Of a stretch of DNA of 37,057 nt, positions 24,726-34,541 are shown in pieces. The notes under the pieces were generated by a model. The model was not told the origin of the DNA and did not search any database. It was given only the letters and a program-made list of their open reading frames with translations. Within the stretch, counting starts at the first letter, position 1. Each line of letters opens with the position of its first letter. The stretch comes from a virus (taxonomy: Duplodnaviria > Caudoviricetes). Both the position numbers and the translations under genes were made by a program. The DNA is taken from the IMG/VR virus record IMGVR_UViG_3300038675_000965, positions 1-37,057 of that record; one strand, written 5' to 3'.

Positions 24726-25975
24726 TGGCAGGCGAACGCATTTTTAAGAAAAAAGCGGCGATTTTGGTTAAATTAGAGGACGATTACGGCGTTGATGCGA
24801 CACCGCTTGCCGCTAATGCCATTAGAGCTCACAATTTGTCAGCGACACCTTTGGACGCTGATGAAATTAAACGTGAGCCTGTTCAACCCTATATGGGAGC
24901 AGGCGATGTTTTTTTAGCGGCTCTTAAATCCCGTCTTTCATTTGAAACTGAGCTAACAGGCTCTGGAACTGCTGGCACAGCCCCTGCTTTTGCCGATTGC
25001 TTACTTGCCTGTGGGCTTGCTGAAACAACGGTTGCAGGAGCAGATACGATTGCCAGCAACGCAACCGCCGTTGGAACTCCTACAGGAGCTTTTACCTACA
25101 CAAAGGGAGATTCTTTCACAGGGTTAGATGACCGTTTAGTCACTCTTACCTGCACAACTGCAGGAGGCACGGGAACGGCGGCTTTTACGGTTTCAGCCCC
25201 TGCAGTTGAAGGTTATGCTGAAGCATACAGCCAGACTAGTGTTGTTATGACCGACAGCATCGCTTTTGCCTTGCCAGAATCTGCAACGATTGTTCCTACA
25301 ATTGGAACATCTTTTGCGGAAGGCGATGTTTTTACCATTAAACTTTATGCTCCAAGAGTAACTTATTCGCCGATTTCGGAGGATTTTGACTCTGCCAGCA
25401 TCTATTTGCATCAGGACAAAGTTTTATCAAAGCTTCTCGGCGGAAGAGGAACTTTTACCATTAACTTTGCGGCAAAAGCAATTCCAGCAGTTAAATTTGA
25501 TTTTATGGGACTTTACACTGACTTGACGGCTGAAGATCTGCCTGAAGTTGATTTTTCAAGTTTTAAAGACCCTGAACCGCCGTCTCCCCGCAATACTTCA
25601 AAAATGTTGTTTGCGAACTATTTAGCTATGGTTGAAAAAGTTGAATTTGATGCAGGACAAATGGTTGAGTTTAGAAGCCTTGTTAATTATGAGGGCGTTC
25701 TCATTACTGACCGTGAATCTAAAGGCAAAATTACAATTGAAGAGCCTGAAATCGGCGACAAAAACTTTTGGGAGATGGTTGAAACAGGCACGATTGCCAA
25801 TTTAATTATCCGTCACGGCACAGCAAAAGGCAAAATCATTGAGATTAGCGGGACTAATATCCGCCTGTCTAAAATGGATAGGACGGATAGTCAGGGCATC
25901 ATGATGCTTGATATTCCAATGACGTTTAAGCCGACAAATGCTGGCAATGACGAATTTTCAATCACTTTTAAATAA
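24725..25975 (+). CDS. Major tail tube protein with an inserted beta-rich domain
   Basis: ILVKLEDDYGVD, ELTGSGTAGTAP....LLACG, YSPIS, GGRGT..F.F.G, GNDEFSITF. Confidence 0.8.
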   Translation: MAGERIFKKKAAILVKLEDDYGVDATPLAANAIRAHNLSATPLDADEIKREPVQPYMGAGDVFLAALKSRLSFETELTGSGTAGTAPAFADCLLACGLAETTVAGADTIASNATAVGTPTGAFTYTKGDSFTGLDDRLVTLTCTTAGGTGTAAFTVSAPAVEGYAEAYSQTSVVMTDSIAFALPESATIVPTIGTSFAEGDVFTIKLYAPRVTYSPISEDFDSASIYLHQDKVLSKLLGGRGTFTINFAAKAIPAVKFDFMGLYTDLTAEDLPEVDFSSFKDPEPPSPRNTSKMLFANYLAMVEKVEFDAGQMVEFRSLVNYEGVLITDRESKGKITIEEPEIGDKNFWEMVETGTIANLIIRHGTAKGKIIEISGTNIRLSKMDRTDSQGIMMLDIPMTFKPTNAGNDEFSITFK

Positions 25976-25988
25976 GGGAAAACAAAAC

Positions 25989-26324
25989 ATGGCTTTTAAA
26001 TTAAAAGACAGAAACTACACCGTTAAATGGCCTGTATCGGTTGAAGTGCCTGTTAATGGCGGCAAAAAAAACATAGAAACCTTTGATGCGGAATTTAAAG
26101 TTCTGCCAAAAGATGAGTTGAAAGACCTTATGGACAGCGGAGTTTCCGATGATGACCTTATTGAAAAAGTTGTGGTTGGTTATTCAGGAATTAAAGATGA
26201 AAACGGAAATGAGATTCCTTTTTCAGCAGAAAATTTGAAAGAGGTGTGCAGGTTCAGTTTTGTCACAACCGCAATTGTAGTTGCTTATTTAGAAATGGTA
26301 GCAAAACGCAAAACAAAAAACTAA
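25989..26324 (+). CDS. Tail assembly chaperone (G-like)
   Basis: WPVSVEVP..GG....FDAEFK; ends at a slippery site. Confidence 0.8.
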   Translation: MAFKLKDRNYTVKWPVSVEVPVNGGKKNIETFDAEFKVLPKDELKDLMDSGVSDDDLIEKVVVGYSGIKDENGNEIPFSAENLKEVCRFSFVTTAIVVAYLEMVAKRKTKN

Positions 26325-26659
26325 TTGAAGTGGCAAGGCATTGGGCGACTTCTGCCTCTGCCACAGAAAAAGACGACCTTTTAGCATTTGGAGCAGATAA
26401 AGAGGTAGTTGATGCGAAACAGTTTGAAGAACCAGTTATCCATCAAGACAACTTTGAAACCGTTAAAGTCTTCTTTGCGTTATCAGGTTCGTGGAGGTTC
26501 TCGCCGCAAGGCAGGCCGCAGGGGATTGATTTTACGCAAGCCATATCAGTTCTTGCCTTTTTGCAAATCCCCCCTACGGAAGAAATTTTTACAGGATTAA
26601 AAATTATGGAAAGTGCCGCACTTTCGGCATTTTCGGAACAATATGAAGAGAATAGATGA
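26315..26659 (+). CDS. Tail assembly chaperone frameshift extension (GT-like, DUF1799-like)
   Basis: A-AAA-AAC at 26315-26321; -1 frame KKLIEVARHW..GLKIMESAAL. Confidence 0.75.
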   Translation, partial: KKLIEVARHWATSASATEKDDLLAFGADKEVVDAKQFEEPVIHQDNFETVKVFFALSGSWRFSPQGRPQGIDFTQAISVLAFLQIPPTEEIFTGLKIMESAALSAFSEQYEENR

Positions 26660-29600
26660 GCCAGAATCTTACACTCGCAATTAATATTACGGCTGATGGC
26701 AAGGTTGCTAAAACCGAAATTATTGATGTCGGCAAAACTATTAATAATTCGATGACTGGAGTTGAAAAAGACAGCCAAAAGGCTGGCTCGGCATTAAATT
26801 CGTTTGCAAGCATTACGGAAACTGCCAAAGAAAAAGCCCGTGAATTGACCAGTAGGCTGGGTCCTCTTGGAGATATGCTTTTAAGACTTGGCTCGGGCGG
26901 GCTTTTAGCTGGTGCCGCAATTGCTGGGATTTCGGGAGTTTTATTAAAAGGAGTTAATTCGGCCAATAAAAAAGAAGTTGCCCTTGGAAGGCTTGAAAGT
27001 GTTTTAAAGGCAACTGGCTATTCGGCTAAACTTTCAGCCAAAGAAATTTATAACTTTTCAAGAGAACTTGAAACTTCAACCTTAGCAAATTCAAATCAAA
27101 TTTTAGAGGCTAGTGCAGTTCTTGCCACGTTTAGAAGTGTTGCTGACGATACGTTTAAAAGAACAATTAGTCTTTCGCAAGATTTGTCGGCGGTTTTCGG
27201 GCAGGATTTAAAATCATCAGCAATGCAACTGGGTAAAGCTTTAGAAGACCCTATTCAAGGACTTAATGCTCTTAGGAGGGTTGGGGTTTCGTTTGATGAT
27301 GAACAGAAAAAACTGATTAAAACGCTGGCTGAAACAGGACAGGTTGCCTTAGCTCAAGCAAAAATTTTAGATGTTTTAGAACAGCAGGTCGGCGGGGCTG
27401 GTGCGGGCGAAGCGGTTGGACTAGCTGGTGCAACCGATAACTTATCTGCAAGTTTTAGAGTTTTGTTTGAAACTATCGGCGAACTACCTGGTCTTTCAAG
27501 TTTAGCGGTTGGAGCCGTTAACAGCTTATCGGCGGTTTTTAAGGGAGCAACAGCTGTAATAGCATTTTTTAATGAAGCGGTTCTTAAAATTGGGGATTAT
27601 CTTTTAGGAGCGTTTGATATTGCATTTGCCAAGATTTCAGGTTTCCCTGAATTTGTAGAAAGAGGTTTTAATCGAGTAGTTAACTTTTTTTATACGGCAC
27701 TTCCTAAAATCGGCAATATTTTTATTGGTACATTTACTGCTATCGGCGAAACGGTTTTGATTTCAGCGGAAGGCTTAACCAGAGCTTTTTTAAATGCTTT
27801 TGCGGAAATCGGCAAAAGAATAGGCAATTTTGCCAATGCTTTAAAGCTTGCTTTTTCAGGAGATTTTAAAGCGGCTGGCGAGGAAGCCTCAAAAATGTTT
27901 AGTACCGAGTTTAATCTTGGTTTAGCGGATACGGGCAAAGAAATTGTTGACAGTTTTAAAAGAAACTTAACCAAAGACCATTTGGGAGAAGCGATTGATA
28001 ATGTTTCTGGAATTATGCAGTCGGCGGGAGAACATTGGGCAGAAATTGCAGGCAAACGCTATAATGAAAGATTAAAAAAACAGGTGGGCGAAAGCGGTAA
28101 AACCTTAAATGCCTTAGCAGTTGAAAATAAAAATCTTGACGGCACCGCAAAAAGTTTAAATGAAACTTTTGAAAAGCATATCATTTCTTTAAAAGATGCA
28201 AATCAAGAACTTGATTGGGAGTTAGACGGCAAAAAAGCTCTGATACCACAGTTAAAAGCTGAGAGAGACCTTAGACGTGAACTTGGCTCACTCACCGAAA
28301 AACAGGTTTTGGAACTCTCAAATCTTTATGAAAAAAATCGAGAATTAAATAAAACTTTAGAGGAGCGGAAAAACGCAGAAGAAACTGCTAAAAAAGCCGA
28401 TGAAGAAAGGCTTCGTCGTTCTAATGAAGTAACCGACAAAATTGTTGATTACGGAGCAGATAAATTTGAAAACTGGTTTAATGGGCAGAAAAATTCTTGG
28501 CAGGATTTAGCGAATGATGCTCTTTCAATAATGAAAAGAATGTTTGCCCAAATGGCGGCGGAAGCAGTTATTCGTCCGATTATTGCCCCAATTATCGGCG
28601 GGGCTTTGGGTTTAAGCTCAGGCTCTGCCGTTGCGGGCGGAGTTTCTGGAGTTGCGGGAGGTCTTTCGGGAATTGGAAGCTCTATAGCTGGTAGTGGATT
28701 AGGTATCGGCACAGCTCTTAATGCCGCCAGTTTGCTGTCACTCGGACAAAGCCAATGGCTTGGTAATGCCGCCGTAAGCTTAGCTATGAAAGCTGGAGTT
28801 GAAAATGCCTCTGCTCTTGCCGCTTTTGGCAATGCAGGATTAAACCTGCCGTGGACTGCGGTTGGCTCGCTTGCCGCTAATATGTTTGGTTTAGGTTCGT
28901 CAAATCCATTAATCAATATGGGAATGTCAACGGTCGGAGGCTTAGGCGGTGCCGCTTTTGGAGCAACTCTTGGGTCAATCGGGGGACCGATAGGTGCGAT
29001 TGTTGGTTCGTTTTTAGGCTCGGCACTTAGTGGACTTTTTGGAGGCGGTAAACAAAAAACTCCCAACTGGTCAAATTATTTGGGCTGGGACCCCTCAAGA
29101 GGCGGGTATTTTGAAAACTCTCTCGGCGGATATGCTAACCCTGTGCCTCAAGTAAGCTGGCTTTATAAAGATGTTTTAGAAGAGTTTATGGGACAAACGG
29201 GGCTTGATTTTGACCGCTCTAAAAAAACCGATTTGGGTAGTTTTTCTTTTGTTGGCGAAATTTCTCAAAGCTCGATGGAACAACAATTTGCAACCCAGAT
29301 TGCAAAATTAATAACCGATAACATCTTTTTAAATGTGCCGCCAGCCCTTGCAAAATTAGTTAATGAAGCTGGAAATGATGCGGAAAAGCTCACAAATGCG
29401 GTTAATACATGGATGATAGCAAGAGCAGAGTTAACTAATAACCTCAATGCTCTTGCCGCAGATACGGTTGAGCTTACTCAAGTTGAAGCCAGTTTTAAAA
29501 ATTTAACGGCTCAATTTGCCGAAATGCGGACACAGGCTAGTGAGCTTGGAGTTTCACTCGCCTTAGTTTCGACAGCGGAAAATGCTCAAATTAAAAAACT

Positions 29601-30405
29601 GGTTGAGGCTTATAATTTTACAACCCGCCAAGAAATTTTAAAAAGGATTAATCCTTTTTCTGCCGCAATGGAAGAATGGACAAAGTGGGCAGATGATACC
29701 CGCCGTGAAGCTACCTTAATCGGGGCAGATATGCTTCAAGTTGAAGAGTTAATCGGGCTTAAAAGAATTGAAATTTTAGAAGCTTACGGCGAAGAAATTG
29801 AAGAATCTGAAAGACGAATTTCCGTTGCCCGTAAAAAAGCGTTAAATGAAAATTTAGAGAGTTTTTTAAACGAACTTAGAGGCTCTACCCAATTTGGAAC
29901 GTCTGCCACCGATGCTCTTGCTTTTACCTTAAATGAATTTGATGCAATTAAAACTGAAGCTTTAGCAGGTTCGGCAAAGGCAATTGAAGAGCTTGCCGCC
30001 TCTGGTAAAAAACTAATTCAATTATATGAAGCAGTTTTTGCTCATTCAGAGGATTTTTGGACAGGCAGGAATTATGTTGAAAGCTCAATTGAAGCGGTGC
30101 AGGCAAAAATACCGCAGTTTGCTGAAGGCGGGTATCATTCGGGCGGGCTTAGAATTGTCGGCGAAAGAGGTAAAGAGCTTGAATGGACGCCTCCTAGCAG
30201 AATTTTTAATGCTGATGAGACAAAAACCCTTTTAAGCGGAGGGGATAATTCAAAAGTTTCGGCTTTAATTGCCAAGCTTACTGCCGTTTTAGAAAGTTAT
30301 CGGGGGCAGTCGGCACAGGAAACCGCAGGTCTGATCCATGCTATTGAGAATTTGCGGGCGGAGATGGTTCAGATACGCAGAAAACTTGATCGGGAGGCGG
30401 CATGA
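26656..30405 (+). CDS. Tape measure protein
   Basis: 1249 aa, Ala/Gly-rich, QLGKALEDPIQGLNALRRVGV, C-terminal FAEGG..VGERGKEL. Confidence 0.92.
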   Translation: MSQNLTLAINITADGKVAKTEIIDVGKTINNSMTGVEKDSQKAGSALNSFASITETAKEKARELTSRLGPLGDMLLRLGSGGLLAGAAIAGISGVLLKGVNSANKKEVALGRLESVLKATGYSAKLSAKEIYNFSRELETSTLANSNQILEASAVLATFRSVADDTFKRTISLSQDLSAVFGQDLKSSAMQLGKALEDPIQGLNALRRVGVSFDDEQKKLIKTLAETGQVALAQAKILDVLEQQVGGAGAGEAVGLAGATDNLSASFRVLFETIGELPGLSSLAVGAVNSLSAVFKGATAVIAFFNEAVLKIGDYLLGAFDIAFAKISGFPEFVERGFNRVVNFFYTALPKIGNIFIGTFTAIGETVLISAEGLTRAFLNAFAEIGKRIGNFANALKLAFSGDFKAAGEEASKMFSTEFNLGLADTGKEIVDSFKRNLTKDHLGEAIDNVSGIMQSAGEHWAEIAGKRYNERLKKQVGESGKTLNALAVENKNLDGTAKSLNETFEKHIISLKDANQELDWELDGKKALIPQLKAERDLRRELGSLTEKQVLELSNLYEKNRELNKTLEERKNAEETAKKADEERLRRSNEVTDKIVDYGADKFENWFNGQKNSWQDLANDALSIMKRMFAQMAAEAVIRPIIAPIIGGALGLSSGSAVAGGVSGVAGGLSGIGSSIAGSGLGIGTALNAASLLSLGQSQWLGNAAVSLAMKAGVENASALAAFGNAGLNLPWTAVGSLAANMFGLGSSNPLINMGMSTVGGLGGAAFGATLGSIGGPIGAIVGSFLGSALSGLFGGGKQKTPNWSNYLGWDPSRGGYFENSLGGYANPVPQVSWLYKDVLEEFMGQTGLDFDRSKKTDLGSFSFVGEISQSSMEQQFATQIAKLITDNIFLNVPPALAKLVNEAGNDAEKLTNAVNTWMIARAELTNNLNALAADTVELTQVEASFKNLTAQFAEMRTQASELGVSLALVSTAENAQIKKLVEAYNFTTRQEILKRINPFSAAMEEWTKWADDTRREATLIGADMLQVEELIGLKRIEILEAYGEEIEESERRISVARKKALNENLESFLNELRGSTQFGTSATDALAFTLNEFDAIKTEALAGSAKAIEELAASGKKLIQLYEAVFAHSEDFWTGRNYVESSIEAVQAKIPQFAEGGYHSGGLRIVGERGKELEWTPPSRIFNADETKTLLSGGDNSKVSALIAKLTAVLESYRGQSAQETAGLIHAIENLRAEMVQIRRKLDREAA

Positions 30406-31952
30406 ATAGACGCATATGGTTACTTGAATTTGAAGCTTATAATAAGACAACTCTTGAAGTCGAGACTTTTTATTTTTCAACTTCTGCTCTCAGACCGTTT
30501 CCATCGACCGACGAAGACCGCCCTGATACTTGGTATGAGCCTCGTTTAAAAGACCCTGCAAATTTTGAAAGATACCTTTTTGGCAAGGGGAGAATTTCGG
30601 GTTCATCTTCGATTAATTCAGGGATTATTGAACTTGCAAATTCGGACGGCGATTTAGATTTTTTGTTTGATTATGGTTTAGACGGCAGAAAATTAACAAT
30701 TTTAGTCGGTTATGAGGGAATGAGCTTTGCCGAATTTGAGCCTGTTTTAGCGGGTACTATGGAAGCTCCTGCCCATAATTGGAATAAAACATCTTCAAAT
30801 ATTCAATTAAAGATTCGTGACCGCCAAAGTGAGGTTATGAAACTTCCCCTTCAGGTTAACCGCTATGCTGGCACAAATTCGGGTGCTGATGGGGTTGAAG
30901 GAACGGAAAACGACATAAAAGGCAACGTTAAACCCTTATGTTTTGGTGAGTGTTTAAACGTTACCGCAATCCCTGTAAACACGGTATTAAACATCTATCA
31001 AGTGCATGACGGCGAAATTTTTGCGGTTGATAATGTTTATGATAACGGGGTTGCCTTAACTTTTGATGATGACTATGAAGATTTAACCGCGTTGCAATCG
31101 GCGTCTATTTCAGGCGGTTATTTTGGCACATGCCTTGCTCTGGGTTTGTTTAGAACGGGAGGAACGCCTTCAGGCAGAATTACTGCTGATGTTAAAGGCG
31201 AAGCTTTTGGTTCTTATGTTGTTTCGGTTTCACTCATAATTTTAAAAATTCTGCTTGGGTATGGCGGGCTTTTAGAAACCGATATTGATGAGCCTGCTTT
31301 TACCGCTCTTGAAGGGCTTAATTCTTCTACGGTTGGCATCTATATAGATGATGAAATTTCAATCGGCGAAGTTTTAGATAAACTGGTTACTAGTATAGGC
31401 TCTTATTGGACAACAACTGATGATGGGCTTTTTACTGTTGGAAGACTTACCGAGCCAAGCGAAACCCCGATTAAAATTTGGGAAAAAGAAGACATCTTAG
31501 AAATTGAAAGAGCCGCCTTTGGGCTACCATGCTATGAAAGCCGTGTTCTTTATGCTAAAAACTGGACGGTTCAAACTGATGGTCTGGCGGAATCAGTATC
31601 TTCTGAAAGAAGGGCTTTTTTAGCAAAAGAGTTTAGGTCTGGAATTTTTAGTGATGTGGATATTTTAACTCCGCATCCGCTTGCCAATATTAATACGATT
31701 GAAAGTTTGCTGGTTAACCTTGCCCCTGCTGAAGAGGAAGCAGAACGTATGCTTAATCTGCTCTCGGTTCCCCGTCAGATTTTAAGGGTTGTTGTTCCTT
31801 TAGAAGACAGTGCCGCAATCAGAAAACTAGGCTCAACACATCAAATTAAAATTAACCGCTACGGCATGGAATTGGGTAAAAATTTTGTTTTGACGGGAAT
31901 TGCTCCAAGTATTCCGAATGCAACCTTTATGACATTAGAGATGTGGGGGTAG
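30402..31952 (+). CDS. Tail tip/hub protein
   Basis: G.IELANSDG.LD, KPLCFGECLNVT, position after the tape measure gene. Confidence 0.7.
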   Translation: MNRRIWLLEFEAYNKTTLEVETFYFSTSALRPFPSTDEDRPDTWYEPRLKDPANFERYLFGKGRISGSSSINSGIIELANSDGDLDFLFDYGLDGRKLTILVGYEGMSFAEFEPVLAGTMEAPAHNWNKTSSNIQLKIRDRQSEVMKLPLQVNRYAGTNSGADGVEGTENDIKGNVKPLCFGECLNVTAIPVNTVLNIYQVHDGEIFAVDNVYDNGVALTFDDDYEDLTALQSASISGGYFGTCLALGLFRTGGTPSGRITADVKGEAFGSYVVSVSLIILKILLGYGGLLETDIDEPAFTALEGLNSSTVGIYIDDEISIGEVLDKLVTSIGSYWTTTDDGLFTVGRLTEPSETPIKIWEKEDILEIERAAFGLPCYESRVLYAKNWTVQTDGLAESVSSERRAFLAKEFRSGIFSDVDILTPHPLANINTIESLLVNLAPAEEEAERMLNLLSVPRQILRVVVPLEDSAAIRKLGSTHQIKINRYGMELGKNFVLTGIAPSIPNATFMTLEMWG

Positions 31953-31953
31953 C

Positions 31954-32829
31954 ATGAATAGAAACTGTGTTTTAGCTTTTCCTAATCGGATTGATGATAC
32001 TACTCATAATACAACTATATTATCAGGCGGAAATTGGGTTGCAGGTCTGCCTCTTTCGAATCTTAAAGACCCAAGACTTTCAAAAGTTGCGAGAACCGCC
32101 TCGCTTGCTGAAGAGGATACCTGTTTTGATGTTGATATGGGCAGAGCATTCCGCATTCATGTGATTGCACTACTTCGTCATAATTTATCGCTTGCAGGCA
32201 GATTTAGAGCCAGAGCATATTCTGATGAAGAACATACTTCCCTTGTTTATGATTCTGGGGTTATGAGAGCTTGGCCTGTGGTTTATCCTCCTGAACTTTT
32301 AGACTGGGAAGATAATAACTTTTGGGACGGTACTTGGGCGGCGGAAATTGCAGAAAATTACCCGATATTTTCACTCCTTGTTTTAGATCCTAAGGTTGTC
32401 GCCCGATATTGGCATATTGATTTAATCGATACGGCTAATCCTAAAGGTTTTATTGATATCGGCAGGCTGATTATGGCAACTGGCTGGCAACCTACTTTTA
32501 ATATGGACTGGGGATATTCTCTTAAATGGGAAACTCAAGCCAATATTGACCGCACCCTTGGCGGTCCTGAAATTATTGAAGATATTGCATCGGGCAGAGT
32601 TGCGAGAGTTACGCTATCAAATTTAACTGACCATGAAGCAATGGCAATGATTTTGGATATGCAGATACAATTGGGTCGTTCGGGGCAGGTGTTTTTTGTG
32701 GCTGACCCAAGCGATACATTACACATGCTCCGCCGTTCATTTTTAGCAACGATTTCTCGTCCTGATGACATTGTTCACAGATTTTATAATGTTCAGGCTA
32801 ATACGCTTGAGCTTAAGGAGGTTTTATGA
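31954..32829 (+). CDS. Minor tail protein
   Basis: PLSNLKDPRLSKVART, IALLRHNLS, FIDIGRL...WQP..N. Confidence 0.7.
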   Translation: MNRNCVLAFPNRIDDTTHNTTILSGGNWVAGLPLSNLKDPRLSKVARTASLAEEDTCFDVDMGRAFRIHVIALLRHNLSLAGRFRARAYSDEEHTSLVYDSGVMRAWPVVYPPELLDWEDNNFWDGTWAAEIAENYPIFSLLVLDPKVVARYWHIDLIDTANPKGFIDIGRLIMATGWQPTFNMDWGYSLKWETQANIDRTLGGPEIIEDIASGRVARVTLSNLTDHEAMAMILDMQIQLGRSGQVFFVADPSDTLHMLRRSFLATISRPDDIVHRFYNVQANTLELKEVL

Positions 32830-33836
32830 GTTTTACACAAAGCGTTATAGATGCCATTGAAAGGCTTTTAAATAAATATAATGCCAATAATTATTCGGGT
32901 ACTGAAAATGCTGGCGGATTTGGCAACGGCGGGCATGTTTTTAACTTTCACCCTGCTCTTCAGGATTTAGCTAATGTTGCCTCTGCGGTTGCAACTGAAG
33001 CTCAAAATGCTGAAAATGCGGTTTCTGCCGCCAGCGGTTATGCCGAAGATGCTGAAGGACATGCTACTAATGCGGGGCTTTTTGCTGGAGCGGCAAGTGA
33101 TTTTGCGGATACGGCGGAAGAATGGGCGGAGACGGCAAAAGATGTTCCTGTTTCTGAGGGCAAATATTCAGCGAAGCATTATGCCTTAAAAGCTCAAGAA
33201 TCTGCTGAAAGCATTGACTTTGCAGATTTTAGCGAGTTGCCAGAGGAGCTTGAGCCAATTGATACGGTTAAATTTGTTGGAGAAGATGCAGAAGGTAATA
33301 AAATTGGGGTTCCTTTTAGTGCTTTTGGGGGTGGACTTCCCATAGGAGCTTCATTTTATTGGAACGGAAATACTCCTCCCGATAAGTGTCTTGAAGAAAA
33401 CGGAGCTACTATAAGTAAAACTACATATCCAGAGTTATTTGCAGTCATTGGATACAACGGCGGTTCAGGTGATAACTTTATTTTACCAGACAGCAGAGGC
33501 GAGTTTATAAGGGGCTGGGATAACAGTAGAGGTGTTGACAGCGGCAGGACATTACTCAGCACCCAAAGCGACCAGAATAAATCGCATAATCATACAGGTA
33601 GCATTGGCAATGAATCAGCCCATACTCACCCTTGGGCTCCCCTAAAAGGTAACTCAACGCAAGCTTCAGATACTAACTACCCAATGTCAAGTCCATCTTC
33701 TGGGTCATGGGGTAACTACTCCGTCAACACTGGAGCTGGAACAGCTCACAATCACTCAGTTACAATCAACACTGACGGTGGAACAGAGGTTAGGGTTCGC
33801 AATATTGCTAAAATGGTTTGTATCAGAGCATATTAA
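32826..33836 (+). CDS. Tail fibre/receptor-binding protein with a tail-collar domain
   Basis: Ala-rich stalk, YSAKHYA, collar PIGASFYW..YPELFAVIG..LPDSRGEFIRGWD, H-x-H repeats. Confidence 0.85.
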   Translation: MSFTQSVIDAIERLLNKYNANNYSGTENAGGFGNGGHVFNFHPALQDLANVASAVATEAQNAENAVSAASGYAEDAEGHATNAGLFAGAASDFADTAEEWAETAKDVPVSEGKYSAKHYALKAQESAESIDFADFSELPEELEPIDTVKFVGEDAEGNKIGVPFSAFGGGLPIGASFYWNGNTPPDKCLEENGATISKTTYPELFAVIGYNGGSGDNFILPDSRGEFIRGWDNSRGVDSGRTLLSTQSDQNKSHNHTGSIGNESAHTHPWAPLKGNSTQASDTNYPMSSPSSGSWGNYSVNTGAGTAHNHSVTINTDGGTEVRVRNIAKMVCIRAY

Positions 33837-33849
33837 AGGAAATAAACAA

Positions 33850-34422
33850 ATGAATAAGACTATTTATAATTATCACCCCGAAACTAAAATCTATGTAGGG
33901 AATGGCGAGGCAAGGCTTTGTCCTCGTAATAAAATTGATTTAATTATCCCCGCTCATGCAACTCAAAAACCTTTGCCCGAATATGACAATCAGACGCAAG
34001 TTTGTAAGTTTTTAAATGGAGATTGGGTTGTTGAAGATATTCCAGTTGAAGTTTTAAAAACGGTTTACGAAGAAATCATTGAAGATGCTCCCAATTACAA
34101 CCCTTTATTTGAAGAATTGGAACAACTTGAACCTGTGCTTGAGGATAACAAATTAATTACCCGCTTTAATGTCAAGCCTAAAGAAAATCTGGTGATTGAT
34201 GAAGTAAAAGGGATTTTAATAGCTCAAGCCAAACAGCTAATAACACAGCAGATTTCAGAAAAAATCGGTTGGCAGGTTGAACGCAAAGTTGCAACTGGAG
34301 TTGATATTAAAGAAGAGGATTTGGTTTTTCGCCAAGCTCGGGTTGATGCGTTTAATCAATATGAAGTTATGGTAAATGCCGCACAAACGATTGAAGAGCT
34401 TCAAGCTATTCCCGAAATTTAA
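33850..34422 (+). CDS. Tail fibre assembly-like protein
   Basis: IYNYHPETKIYVG..LIIPAHAT..W.VEDI; C-terminal AAQTIEELQAI. Confidence 0.7.
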   Translation: MNKTIYNYHPETKIYVGNGEARLCPRNKIDLIIPAHATQKPLPEYDNQTQVCKFLNGDWVVEDIPVEVLKTVYEEIIEDAPNYNPLFEELEQLEPVLEDNKLITRFNVKPKENLVIDEVKGILIAQAKQLITQQISEKIGWQVERKVATGVDIKEEDLVFRQARVDAFNQYEVMVNAAQTIEELQAIPEI

Positions 34423-34424
34423 AA

Positions 34425-34518
34425 AAGACGGGAGCAAAGGTGTAGCAACCACCTTCAGCCGAAAGATAAAGGCTTTCATGTTTTTAAAACACCCCGTCTT
34501 ATCCCTTGCAAGAGACGG
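34425..34518 (+). promoter_or_regulatory. Structured leader upstream of the methylase
   Basis: AAGACGGG/CCCGTCTT closing stem with internal hairpins; alternative CCGTCT/AGACGG pairing. Confidence 0.5.
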
Positions 34519-34541
34519 AACATAATAGGAACAAAAAACAA

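Noticed and set aside
27690-29447. Long minus-strand ORFs (121 and 205 aa) within the tape measure gene
   Set aside because: Pro/Ala-rich mirror of Gly/Ala codons, a typical antisense artefact
32826-34422. Invertible G-segment or diversity-generating retroelement at the tail fibre
   Set aside because: No invertase, reverse transcriptase, inverted repeats or template repeat seen
34478-34525. Possible com gene upstream of the methylase
   Set aside because: Only a 15-codon ORF with no Cys zinc-finger motif
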